Of a stretch of DNA of 64,000 nucleotides, positions 1 through 13,084 are shown piece by piece. Positions within the stretch are counted from its first letter, which is position 1. Every line of letters begins with the position of its first letter. Under the pieces are notes generated by a model. The model was given only the letters and a program-made list of their open reading frames with translations. It ran no database searches and had not been told where the DNA came from. Origin of the DNA: Octopus vulgaris (taxonomy: Eukaryota); NCBI GenBank assembly GCA_951406725.2, contig OX597830.1, positions 52,204,001 to 52,268,000 of the forward strand, written 5' to 3'. Both the position numbers and the translations under genes were made by a program.

Positions 1-218
1 AAGGGAAGAAAGTTATTGATCACACGCTGTCAACTGCTTTCATGCAGAATAGAAGAATAAGAATTAAAGAATGAGTATTAACCATAGAGAGAACGAAATT
101 CTTTTAATTTCCGTTAAATGAACACTTAATCTCAGTACTTGCAATAACATACACGTTCATTATCCTCACATCTATTTCGATTTCTCTGTGAGTTTATATG
201 TATGTGTTTGTGTATGTA

Positions 219-220
<2 letters not shown>

Positions 221-260
<40 letters not shown>

Positions 261-271
261 CATTATTATTA

Positions 272-303
<32 letters not shown>

Positions 304-345
304 CATTATTATTATTATTATTATTATTATGATATATTGATAGAT

Positions 346-394
<49 letters not shown>

Positions 395-585
395 ATTCCT
401 CGTCTCTTTCCATCTTTCTCTTTGACACCGTTTGTGACCGGACATATCTCTCCCTCTCTGTTACTACCACAGTTTATTTCTCTCTCTCTCTCTCTCTCTG
501 TCGTATATGTATGAATGTATGTATGTATATATGTATATATATGTGTTTATATATATGTTTGTGCATGGATCTATGTATATACGGT

Positions 586-623
<38 letters not shown>

Positions 624-626
624 GTA

Positions 627-674
<48 letters not shown>

Positions 675-760
675 TATCTACATATATAAACATTCTTCCA
701 CATATATGTATGTGTATGTGTGTGTGCGTGTGTTTGTGTGCATCTGCTCGTGTGTATCTA
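221..760. repeat. Compound microsatellite cluster (ATT)n, (GATA)n, (CT)n, (TA)n/(TG)n
   Basis: Directly visible tandem repeats; ORFs 464-805 are just their translation. Confidence 0.95.
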
Positions 761-1099
761 CGTATATCAATTATCGATCTGGTTAGGTTTATATTAACGA
801 AATAATCGAACTAAGCTTTAATGTTTAATAATATTTCATATTTAACTAAAACTGGCAAAATCAAAACTATAAATGCCCCTTTGAACAAAATACGAGGTGG
901 CTTTATGATGTTTACACATTTACGAAATGTTGAAGAAATAAGGGAAATTATGCTTTCATGAATACAAATGCAAACATTATATATGTGTGTGTGTGTGTAT
1001 AAATACATAGATGTCTATGTATTCATACACACAAATATATAGATGAGTATATATGTACAAAATGACAAAGGTTTACGTCTTCATGTGTTGTAAGAATTA

Positions 1100-1600
1100 G
1101 AAGGCATTAAATCCTATCCATCATGGCCGATCTACACCAGTTCTCGCTTCTTCCGTCCATCTTGTCCTCCTGTAGTTTTGCTCTGTCTTGCAACAACAGC
1201 ACTTGTTATTCTCAGGCAGGCTCTATTACTGTTCCCTTTTTTTCCAGCTTCCGTGCCATTATAACCTTGGCTTGTCGAGTGACTGTCAGGCAACATATCC
1301 TCTGCCAGCCGGAACCGATGCAGTGCCAAGATCTTTTGCAGCAACCTGGGCTAGATTCATTCACAAGATTTTCTTATTTTGTAATTCTACTTTATAAATG
1401 ACTTGTATAGGCAACGTTGCGCCTTATACCTTCATTGATATTTTTCCATGGTATAACAGCTTAAAGAATTCTTGGCCGTACTCCTGCTCTTTATTGCCTG
1501 ATCATTATCCTGGTCGTGATTCGTGGTATGAAGCAGATATAGCTTCATAATACGCATCAGGAATATGCGTGATAGGAATCTAACCCTGAAATATGATTCG
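1100..1600 (-). mobile_element. Degraded RTE-clade LINE, 3' part of ORF2
   Basis: Minus-strand peptides DQDNDQAIKSRSTAKNSL (cf. DG..DKEIKRRI..AK.AF), LHRFRLAEDML...AGKKG (cf. RRLRLAGHILR...GKR.RGRP) and QDGRKKRELV (cf. QDR..WRELV) occur in the RTE C-terminal order; heavily decayed. Confidence 0.45.
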
Positions 1601-2629
1601 TGCGTCGGAATTTCTTCCGTTCGCATCACTTCCTAAGCATCCGTCACAATTGATCAGAAGTGATAGGTGTACGCAAAATTTGCTAAGTCGCAACTACGGC
1701 GAAATACGTATTTGTCGCGTTTGTGATTACTTCCGGGGCGACTACATTTCTGAAGTATATTGTTTTTAACAGTATATGTGTTGAAAGTTATTTTTCCCGG
1801 ATGAAAATCCGCTGCATTTGGCGTTTAAATAGCTCACATGTGTTATGTAGCATTGATATTGTTTTCATTACAGAGCTCCTTCTAACGCACAATTTGAATA
1901 TATAAGTTTATGCATATGTATACACACACACACATGCACACACAAACACACACCCACACACGCACACGCACATACACACACTCTCACACACTAACATACA
2001 GAGTTAAAACACAATCATATGTATCCGTCGTCATATTATGTTTCTCTTATTTAATCAAACGCACCTATGTGTCTGTTTGAATATACATATTTGGATGAGT
2101 GTGTACATGTTTCAACATGTGAACTCATATAGCAAAATTAAATAGTTATGTCGGTAGATAGAAATCGAGATAATATATTTGTTCATCCATATTATTAATG
2201 AACAGCATAAGTATATAGCTACAGATGTTACGTTGCAGGGAAGCTCTGTAACTAAGAGAATATATATCTATATCTGTATGTATGTGTACTTACGCACGCG
2301 CATGGATGTGCGTGCTTGCGTGTGTGTGTGCGTGTGTGTCTATATGTGCTCAGACACGTGGATGAGCGTGTGAGCGCGTGCAAATGTCTATCGGTGTATG
2401 TGCGTGTGTGTCTGTGTGTAGGTGTGTGTGCGTGTTTGCACCGTAATTATGACATGATCCGTTCGATCGCATTGAATAGAATATTTCATATGTTTATTCT
2501 GAAATTGGTGCAGCAACAATCCTACTTCGAAACAAAAGCTCAGGTACTCCAACATTCCACACACAGACACACACACGTACGTATGTATTTGTATTGCGCT
2601 CGTGCATGCTTGAGATGGTTGTATATAAA

Positions 2630-2825
<196 letters not shown>

Positions 2826-4182
2826 GTGGTAAACTAATTAGAAACTTGGGTAACCTCACAGCATATGCTTTTAACTGACAACATTATCATTGTCCTACTG
2901 TGACAAGTAAATACTGTGGATAATCTACAGGAGTTTTTTTTTCCTCTTGCTGTGCTTGGTGATGGATTAAATCTGTCTGATTAGTTTCAGAGATTATTAT
3001 CGCTTCATCACAGATCGATTGCATATTTCCTGACAATATTAGCTTTTAGCCATTTTAAACACACGCAAAATCTGACAGAAGCTAATTGGTTTGTTCAATT
3101 TGCATAACAGCGCAACCTTTGGATGCGTAGATTAATTATTTCAATATCAAAATTATACACACGGTAAGTTGCCCCTAATTTTTTTCTATCGTCATATTAC
3201 GTTTCTCTTAATTAATTCGTTTTCACTACACTTTCACTGCTATGCTAATGAGGCAAACCCATATAGTTCTGTCAGTGATTGCGTGTATACTATATATAAC
3301 TCTATAACAATATTTTACATCTGGTCAGAAAGCTAATAGCCGATCTCTGATGAGGCAGTAATAAACTCTGAATCTATTTCAACTTATTTCCTTAAGTTAA
3401 TTCATGAAACTATTTCAACTTATTTCCTAAAGTTAAATCATAAGGTTTTAACTTTGTCAAAAAGGAGAAAATGTGTGCTTTCCCAGAAAAGGGAAAATGT
3501 GTGCTTACAAAAAAACACTTGCTCTAAAGAGTTTGCTCTACATTAATCATCATATTACCATAAATTGCTAACTGTGAAAGCGCATGGATATCAGACAGTA
3601 TTGACGGTGAGGACCTGATACACTGAATTACTCAATAAATTAGTGGCAGGACATTTAACGTGTACTCTTAACGTGTATCCTAAACGTGTACCCTAAACAT
3701 GTACGTCCTTAAGGCTTCTCTGCTGAAACATCAGTTGTAAATAAATTTAATTACAGATTTAATTAATTTGTCCTTTACTAAAGTTTACAAAACTCATTTC
3801 ACTAGCTTCCACGCAGTGATAAAGGATGTTTGCCAAGATGCAATCTTGTAATAACGAAAAGAATTTCATAACCATTAAGCCATATTGTTCACAGTAATTA
3901 ATTCGTGTTTCCTCAACTGGCACTGTTATGCAAATGACACTACCTAAGTCTCATATTGCCAGGGTTTGTGTGTATTCTATACATAATTGGCAGTTAATAT
4001 TCTCTCGTTAATCAAGAAAAGAGTGATCAATATTGGATGAATCACTTATAAACAATACATGTTAGGTCAACTTGTTTGCAAACTAGGGATTTACAAAGAT
4101 AATCCTGAAGTTTATTCTCAGTGAAGCCACAATATGTGTGGTTACTATAACCATTTGCTGTCACTTTACCATACAACTAGTT

Positions 4183-4320
4183 ACCAGCAGACAAATTAGT
4201 AAAGTCGTTAGAGCGCAGGACAACATCCCTTGTGATATCTGTACAGGCATTCTGTGTTCTGAGTTCAAACTGTGCCAAGATAAAATTTGCTTCCATCGTC
4301 TCGCGGTCGATAAAAGAAAT
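4183..4320 (+). mobile_element. SINE family A, degenerate copy
   Basis: GTTCTGAGTTCAAA...TTTGCTTCCATC...GGTCGATAAAA aligns by eye to the copy at 6473. Confidence 0.55.
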
Positions 4321-6100
4321 TAACAGTCTGGCTGTGGATTCGTGAAATTGTCACAGTGTCGAACATGCTTCCCGGTATTTGTTCTGCCTACTTGATTTTT
4401 GCTTTCTTTAGAGGTAGATTTAAACTGTTCTGCTCGGTTTATTGCAGAATCTGTTCGCTTCAAGTCGGGAAAAGTTTTAGTGGAGTTGATACATTTCAAG
4501 CATATATAGCATGTTATCCGTTTGGAGATATCTTCTTCCTTTCAACCCATCAGTGTCAGCGTCTCTGAAGAAATGCACAAAAGTTCATGGGTGCCACTTT
4601 TCCTCCTATGCCTATGAAATAAAAACATAAGTTATTGTTAGTATTGTAAATTTTCTAAATTTTCTGTCATTGCTTCTAGATACATACCTCTGGAGGTATT
4701 TTCTCTCCCTCGATAAGACAGAGTAGATTTGGGTTGTATATAAATGTCATATTTTGGCTCCATTTGTAAGTTCCGGCCTCTTGACATTCAGCGACTTAGC
4801 GTGAAGTTGGTGTTTTCCATATAGAATCAATATATATATATATATATATATATGTATATGTATGTATGTATGTATGCATGTATGTATATATGTATATGTG
4901 AATTATTTCTAAGTATGAATTATATATAGATACATATATTTGTTTATCTATTACACGTATACTATTAATTAATTAATTAATTAATTAATTAAATTTTAAC
5001 AACTCTATATAAGTACTATCACAATGTATGTATAGAACCATAAAATCATAAAAATTCTAAGTACAACCGAAATATTTGAAGAAATCAATTCGTCTTTAAG
5101 ATACTTGGAAATATAAAGGGTTTTTCTTTTGTAATTTGTTATGGAATAAGATAATAACATAACATTCTGATATTGGTTGGTAATAAATTCGAGGAGCGTC
5201 GAATGACATACTGAGATTCTATGGTTTAAAATATACACGAGCTAAACTCAAAAATGAAACTTTAAACTCTCGTTCATATATTTTGGTGCAGCGCCAAGCA
5301 GACAATTATGGAGAAAAATACATATTTTGGAATTTATTGGAAACATAGATTGATAATCAATTAGCGGTCAATTAATGTCAGTGTTATGTGTTCACATCTG
5401 TTTGGTGTTTTATCAAAGCAAACACAAATATTTGGAATAATTTTGGAGCTTTTTCGGTTTGGTTTGTTAATTGCAATCAAAATATCATTACAATAAGCCA
5501 AATTGCAAACGATAAAACAGAGCAATCAGATGTCTTCATTCGGAAATGACTAAATTCTATGTAAACAATTCATGTCGAATAAGTATTTCTGGTGAATATT
5601 TCTGAGATCATCAAAGTTCAAGTACCTGATCTGTAGAATGTTACGCACCACATATTTTTCCTTCTCGTGAGAAACTTAAATAAAATCCAAATCTGTAAAG
5701 TAGATATTTTCCTTATATTTATATTATCACTCAAACCAGACAAGAACACTTTAGGTTTTGCGTATTTTTCCAGTTTGTTGGATGTGAACCAGTCTAGTAT
5801 GCGTTACGTGTGTGCGTGTGTGTGTGTGTATGTCTGTCTGTCTGTTTGTCTGTCTGTATGTAAGTATGTCTGTATGTATGCACGTACGTATGTATGTTTG
5901 TGTCAAGTCACCTTTAGTGCTATTGGTAACATGTAACCCAGTACAACCTATTGCACGACCAGATTTTCAACGTTTAAGCCGGCAATTCTAACAAGATTGC
6001 TTGGTAATGAGAGTGGTTTAGTTGGACACCCTGCAGAATGGAAACCGATATCCGTCAAAGTGTGGGTTCACTCAGTAGATTTAACAGATATACAACAGCT

Positions 6101-6144
<44 letters not shown>

Positions 6145-6379
6145 GTGAGTGAGTGAGAGAAGGAAAGACCCATAGTCTTTGCTTAGAAATTTCCCTAGAA
6201 GGAAACCTTTGATACAATACCTTCGAATTTGTTTCCAACCAATGATGTAGACCAGTTTGTTTTAGGCAAATGCATACGTTGTTCAGATAGCGGAATCGGC
6301 CCTGTGCAAAACCTTTCCCACATTAAAAAGCTACAGACACTGATACCGCGTGGATTTTAACATTTCTTCTGCGTTACAT

Positions 6380-6960
6380 AGGCGAAAATAAGACACACGT
6401 TTTAAACACAAAGTGATCTATTCAGTCAAAGATATTATTGTTGTTTCATTTCAATATCTTCAGCCATTTTAAGGCAGGGAGCTGGCAGAAAGGTTAGCAC
6501 GCCAGGCGAAATGCTTAGCAGTATTTCGTCTGTCTTTGCGTTCTGAGTTCAAATTCCACCGAGATCAGCTTTGCCTTTCATCCTTTCGGTGTCGATAAAT
6601 TAAGTACCAGTTACGTACTGGGTCGATCTAATCGGCTGGCCCCCTCCCCGAAAATTTTGGGACTGTCCCTAGAGTAGAAAAGAATATATTTTGCTATCTT
6701 GAAGGCAGATCCATAATTCTCTGCGCAGAGAATTAACCGGCTATACTAGCGGAAAACTCTTCCAACTGAATTTTTACATGTCTTTTGAAAAACTGAAACA
6801 GGTGAAAATCTGAAGACACAGGGCCGGGTAAATAGGGTGGGTACGACAAAACTTATCAGCCACATCTCAATAGTTACTACTGCGTTTACGAAGAAGTGTG
6901 CGGTTTAGTATTGTCGTGGTGTAAGCCAACGCTCTTATGATTAGATAGTGCAGGATGCTT
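6380..6960 (-). mobile_element. Mariner transposase 3' fragment (pseudogene), interrupted by a SINE
   Basis: Minus strand encodes LHHDNTKPHTS (cf. HDNARPH), then YPPYLPGPVSSDFHLF (cf. HPPYSPDLAPSDFHLF); a C-terminal-like KWLKILK follows beyond the SINE. Confidence 0.7.
6473..6686 (+). mobile_element. tRNA-derived SINE family A
   Basis: A-box-like GAGCTGGCAGAA..GTTAG and B-box-like GAGTTCAAATTC; homologous copies at 4183, 16508, 33800, 42262, 56565 and 61525. Confidence 0.85.
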
Positions 6961-6964
6961 CTGG

Positions 6965-7190
6965 TAAGTTATTGCGTTGTGTTCTTGAGCAAGATACTTA
7001 ATAAGTGAGTAGAACCTGTATTTCAAAGGGACTGCCTTGTCGTATTCTGTATCACGCTGGAACTCCCTGAGAAGTACATTGAGGATAAGCGTAGCTGTGG
7101 AGTGCTCAGCCACTTGCAAGTTAATTTCACGAGTAAGCTGTTCCGTGGATCGAGTCAACTAGAAGCCCTGTCGCTGTAACTGACGAGTGT
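6965..7190 (+). mobile_element. SINE family E body
   Basis: GCGTTGTGTTCTTGAGCAA motif shared with the tRNA-headed copy at 55035-55190. Confidence 0.5.
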
Positions 7191-7295
7191 CACTTTTTAT
7201 GTATGTATATATGTATTATGCATGTATATATGTATGTATTATGCGTGTATGTATGTATAAATGTACGTATGTATGTATGCATGTAGGCATGTATA

Positions 7296-7682
7296 TCTAT
7301 TATATAAAATCCATTCTGTCTGTCTGCGTGTGTGTCTTCTAGAATCTCGGGCATCCTCCATCCGATTGCGCTCAAATTTGATATGTAGACACCGACGGTA
7401 TTAGGGTGTGTATAAGTCTTGACAAAATTACAAAAATCGCTTCCAGGTGAGAATGCGATCGATAAAGCCCTGGGAACGTGCATTTGTACGCGCACGTACA
7501 TCAGCTGTTGTGATCGATACTATGCGTACGCGAGAAAAATGCACGTACAGTTTGCGCAAAAAAAGCCGGCTGGCTTGAAATAATGCCACAAAATGGGACG
7601 GTTAGAAAAGTTGCTTTGAGAAAATTTGGTTTAAATGTGTGACAACTGAGCACCGTCCATTGGACGGGGGGCATTTTGCTCG
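7296..7682 (+). mobile_element. Non-autonomous Helitron
   Basis: Starts A|TCTATTATATAAAA; subterminal hairpin CCGTCC-ATT-GGACGG (7653-7667) lies 11 nt before a terminal CTCG|T (CTAG variant); sits between A and T with no TSD. Confidence 0.7.
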
Positions 7683-7726
7683 TATGTATGTATGTATGTA
7701 TGTATGTATGTATGTATGTATGTATG

Positions 7727-7760
<34 letters not shown>

Positions 7761-8514
7761 ATGCGTGGTGGGTGACTGGGTGAATGTGTGTTTGCCTGTG
7801 TAGACATACAAGCCGTTTAAATTTGTCAAATATATTTTTATTAGTTTTTCTGTTTTTGTGTTTTTTTACTGGATACGCACGCGTATTTTTATGTGTATGT
7901 ACGTATGTGTGTGTGTGTGTGTGTATGTTAATTTCTTACTCGTACTACAGAATCCACACCCAGTTCACTCAAGCAGCACCACGTCTTTCACCCAAACTTT
8001 AATCTAACAAATACTAACAAGTTCTCTCATTTTGTTATACATTTTCTTCTGAATTTCTTTAAGCATTGAAACATATTTCAATGGTTGCACAGTTTTACAG
8101 ACGCTGCTTTTGTGTGAAATTATTTTTCCCTTTCATCTTGATTTTTTTAATGTTTTTTCTTTTGCCTTTTTTGTTTTCGTTTTGTTTTTTTTTCTTTCTT
8201 TTTTCTTGAAATATTTTTGATAACTTTGTGTGAATGAGTAAGGATTGGTTAATTCTGATACAATGAGTCGTGAAAATTCTTTAAACATAAAGAAAAAAAA
8301 AATTCAATGAAATTTGCTCGAATTTATTTATTTAAGTGAAACAGGCGAGACAATAACTACAAATGTACCACGGCTTACTACCTATCCTTGATATTATCAA
8401 CGCAGCAAATGACCGAATTACAAAATACGTCACACACAAACTCACACAATGTGGCCGAGCTAGGTAGACACATAATTCTAAATTACTTCTGTTCACTTGG
8501 GTATGTGGCAGCAT

Positions 8515-9060
<546 letters not shown>

Positions 9061-9201
9061 TAATGTATGCACGTACGTTTGTACATGCTATTTATTAACT
9101 GTTTCCATTCATAGTATTTTATTGTTATTTACTTTACCAATATATCGTAGTTGGACAAAGAAAAAACCTTTAAGAAGCATTATTCTAAAACAAAGTAGTA
9201 A

Positions 9202-9341
<140 letters not shown>

Positions 9342-9682
9342 ATACAAAATAGGTATAGGTAAGTGTACCAAATAATAATAAGAGAAAGAAGTCGTATTAA
9401 TTTGGCATCTCTGACTCTATCACTAGATTTATTATTTCAAAACATTGGAGCAAGTCATTCATCTTCCACAATGATGCCAGCAAATTTTAAGCACATCATC
9501 AGATTTCTTAATTACACGAAATAGTATAATTAACGCTATATACACAAACACGCGCGCACGCACACACTTATATGTATGTACATACACGTACATACATACG
9601 TACGTTTATAATACGTATATACATACAGACACGCATACACGCACACACACACACACACACTACAAACACACATACATACATA

Positions 9683-10089
9683 TACTCTTTTACTTGTTTC
9701 AGTCATTTGACTGCAGCCATGCTGTAGCACCGCCTTTAATCGAGCAAACTCGACCCCGGGACTTATTCTTTTGTAAGCCCAGTACTTATTCTATCGGTCT
9801 CTTTTGCCGAACCGCTAAGTAACGGGGACGTAAACACACAAGCATCGGGTGTCAAGCAATGCTAGGGGAACAAACACAGACACACAAACACACATACGCA
9901 TATATATATGTATATATATACATATATACGACGGGCTTCTTTCAGTTTCCATCTACCAAATCCACTCACAAGGCTTTGGTCGGCCCGAAGCTATAGTAGA
10001 AGACACTTGCCCAAGTTGCCACGCAGCGGGATTGAACCCGGAACCATTTGGTTGGTAAGCAAGCTACTTACCACACAACCACTCCTGCG

Positions 10090-10091
<2 letters not shown>
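9683..10091 (-). mobile_element. tRNA-derived SINE family B, full length, with internal (TA)/(TG) tract
   Basis: Head GGCGCAGGAGTGG..GTGTGGTAAG...GGGTTCAATCCC, internal microsatellite, tail GGCGGTGCT.CAGCATGGCTGCAGTCAAATGACTGAAACAAGTAAAAGA; many copies in the window. Confidence 0.9.
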
Positions 10092-10160
<69 letters not shown>

Positions 10161-10170
10161 TCTTTTTCTT

Positions 10171-10357
10171 TTACTCCTTTACTTGTTTCAGTCATTTGAC
10201 TGCAGCCATGCTGGAGCACCGCCTTTAGTCGAGTAAATCGACCCCGGGACTTATTCTTTGTAAGCCCAGTACTTATTCTATCGGGCTCTTTTGCCGAACC
10301 GCTAAGTGACGGGGACGTAAACACACCAGCATCGGTTGTCAAGCAATGCTAGGGGGA
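10171..10357 (-). mobile_element. SINE family B, 3' half
   Basis: Near-identical to 9683-9868. Confidence 0.9.
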
Positions 10358-10736
10358 CATATTCGTTTTTTAAATCTTAAATTAGTGCGCAAGTGTTATT
10401 TGTAGCTTTCTCAATACTATTGAGGATGTAGTTAGAGACGCATAGTAAAGACGTTTGCGAATTACTTCGGATGCATATGGTCAGAAATCCATCTCACTTC
10501 TAAGTTTTCTAAGCAACTACCTACAGCCACACGCTCGATTCAGTCACTGCCTTGGGAGTGACGTTTTTGCTGATCGGCTGCGTGGTAAGTAGCTTGCTTA
10601 CCAACCACATGGTTCCGGGTTCAGTTCCACTGCGTGGCACCTTGGGCAAGTATCTTCTATTATAGCCTCGCGCCGACCAAAGCCTTGTGAGTGGATTTGG
10701 TTGACGGAAACTGAAAGAAGCCCGTCGTATATATGC

Positions 10737-10807
<71 letters not shown>

Positions 10808-11065
10808 TGTGTGTGTGTGTGTTTGCGTGTCTGTGTTTGTCTCCCTCCGCCCAAAATCACTTGACAACCGATGCTGGTATGTTTACGTCCCCGTAACTTA
10901 GCGGTTCGGCAAAAGAGACTGATAGAATAAGTACTAGGCTTACAAAGAATAAGTTCTGGGGTCGATTTGCTCGACTAAATAAACTAATACAAAACGGCAT
11001 TATCGTTTAAATAGTATGACGTAAAATATTAGTAATAACAATAATAATGATAATAATAATAATAC
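10289..11065 (+). repeat. Local duplication, copy 1 (~775 bp)
   Basis: Near-identical to 12196-12962, including the non-repeat spacer. Confidence 0.95.
10575..10978 (+). mobile_element. SINE family B
   Basis: Reverse complement of the 9683-10091 family; lacks the terminal tail. Confidence 0.9.
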
Positions 11066-11741
11066 ACCACACGCAAACGCACACACACATTGTGCTACGA
11101 ATAAAGTGAAACTAATTCAGTGTGTTGACAGGTAGACAATAGAATGCGATGACGACTATGACGCTGATAGATACAGGAGTAAAATGTATGGGAAGCTAAC
11201 AGATAACAGTGAGTGAAAATGTTCTTGGAAGAGAGTAAATAGCCAGAGAGAGTGATTTGAGGAAGACTTTACATTAAATAACTGTAGTGGCTTGTGTTAG
11301 TAATAAAGTAAACATACACTCATACATACATACATACATACATACATACATACATACATACATACATACATACACACACATACACACACACATACATACA
11401 CACACACATACATACATACACACATACATATATACATACATACATACATATACATACATACATACACACACACACATACACACACACACAGTATTGAAGC
11501 TTGAGAACAATCAGATACGTTTGCAACACATCTGTGGAAAATATTATTGTTCACACACATACATATACATATATACATACAGACAGACAGACAGATAGAC
11601 ACACACACACACACATGATCCAGCATGGCCACAACCTCAAGGCTGAAACGTATAAAACAATAACAGAATATAAATGTGTGCATGTGTGTGAGAGAGAGAG
11701 TGTGTGTGTATATGTATGTATGTATGTATGTATATATATAT

Positions 11742-12197
11742 AATAATGCGGTTTTTTTCAACAGCTTGAACTAAATGTCAGAGGGGAATGGGATAAACTA
11801 CTTATATTAACTTGCTATAAAAGCAGGTAGTAATTTTATCTTGTCCTTATTCATAGTGCAAGTTTTGAAGAGTGCATTTCGATTTTAACAGCTATTTTTT
11901 TCAAAGCTATATTGGAAGTAACAAAGGAGCATATTTGGCATATTTTGCTTTATGAGTTCAATAAAGACAACAACGCAACGGAAAGTACAAGAAATATTAA
12001 TGCAGTATATGGGGATTGGACAATAAGCGTAAGGCAGTGTCAATGGTGGTTCCAGAAATTCCGAGCCATAATCTACAGCCTAGAAGACGAGCCTCATCCT
12101 GAAAGATCTGTAGAACTCGACAAGGACATCCTGAAAACCCTGGTGGAACAAAATCTCATCGTAACTGTTGAGGAACTAGCAGAGAAGCTTGGATTTT
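11742..12197 (+). mobile_element. Mariner element 5' part (partial TIR plus N-terminal HTH of the transposase), truncated
   Basis: ORF 11912: KEHIWHILLYEFNKDNNATESTRNINAVYG...QWWFQKFR...SLEDEP...TVEELAEKLGF is a Mos1/Hsmar1-type paired HTH. Upstream ATAATGCGGTTTTT resembles the inner Hsmar1-type TIR. Confidence 0.85.
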
Positions 12198-12645
12198 TTG
12201 CCGAACCGCTAAGTGACGGGGACGTAAACACACCAGCATCGGTTGTCAAGCAATGCAAGGGGGACATATTCGTTTTTTAAATCTTAAATTAGTGCGCAAG
12301 TGTTATTTGTAGCTTTCTCAATACTATTGAGGATGTAGTTAGAGACGCATAGTAAAGACGTTTGCGAATTACTTCGGATGCATATGGTCAGAAATCCATC
12401 TCACTTCTAAGTTTTCTAAGCAACTACCTACAGCCACACGCTCGATTCAGTCACTGCCTTGGGAGTGACGTTTTTGCTGATCGGCTGCGTGGTAAGTAGC
12501 TTGCTTACCAACCACATGGTTCCGGGTTCAGTTCCACTGCGTGGCACCTTGGGCAAGTATCTTCTATTATAGCCTCGCGCCGACCAAAGCCTTGTGAGTG
12601 GATTTGGTTGACGGAAACTGAAAGAAGCCCGTCGTATATATGCAT

Positions 12646-12706
<61 letters not shown>

Positions 12707-12962
12707 TGTGTGTGTGTGTTTGCGTGTCTGTGTTTGTCCCCCTCCGCCCAAAATCACTTGACAACCGATGCTGGTATGTTTACGTCCCCGTAACTTAGCG
12801 GTTCGGCAAAAGAGACTGATAGAATAAGTACTAGGCTTACAAAGAATAAGTTCTGGGGTCGATTTGCTCGACTAAATAAACTAATACAAAACGGCATTAT
12901 CGTTTAAATAGTATGACGTAAAATATTAGTAATAATAATAATAATGATAATAATAATAATAC
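12196..12962 (+). repeat. Local duplication, copy 2 (contains SINE B at 12482-12876)
   Basis: Near-identical to 10289-11065. Confidence 0.95.
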
Positions 12963-13084
12963 GAAAAAGAAGAAGAAGAAAAAGAAGGAGGAGGAGAAGA
13001 AGAAGAAGAAGAAGAAGAAGAAGAAGAAGAAGAAGAAGAAGAAGAAGAAGAAGAAGAAGAAGAAGAAGAAGAAGAAGAATGAGG

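Noticed and set aside
3340-3380. CTGATGAG hammerhead 5' core
   Set aside because: No stem II or correctly placed GAAA follows.
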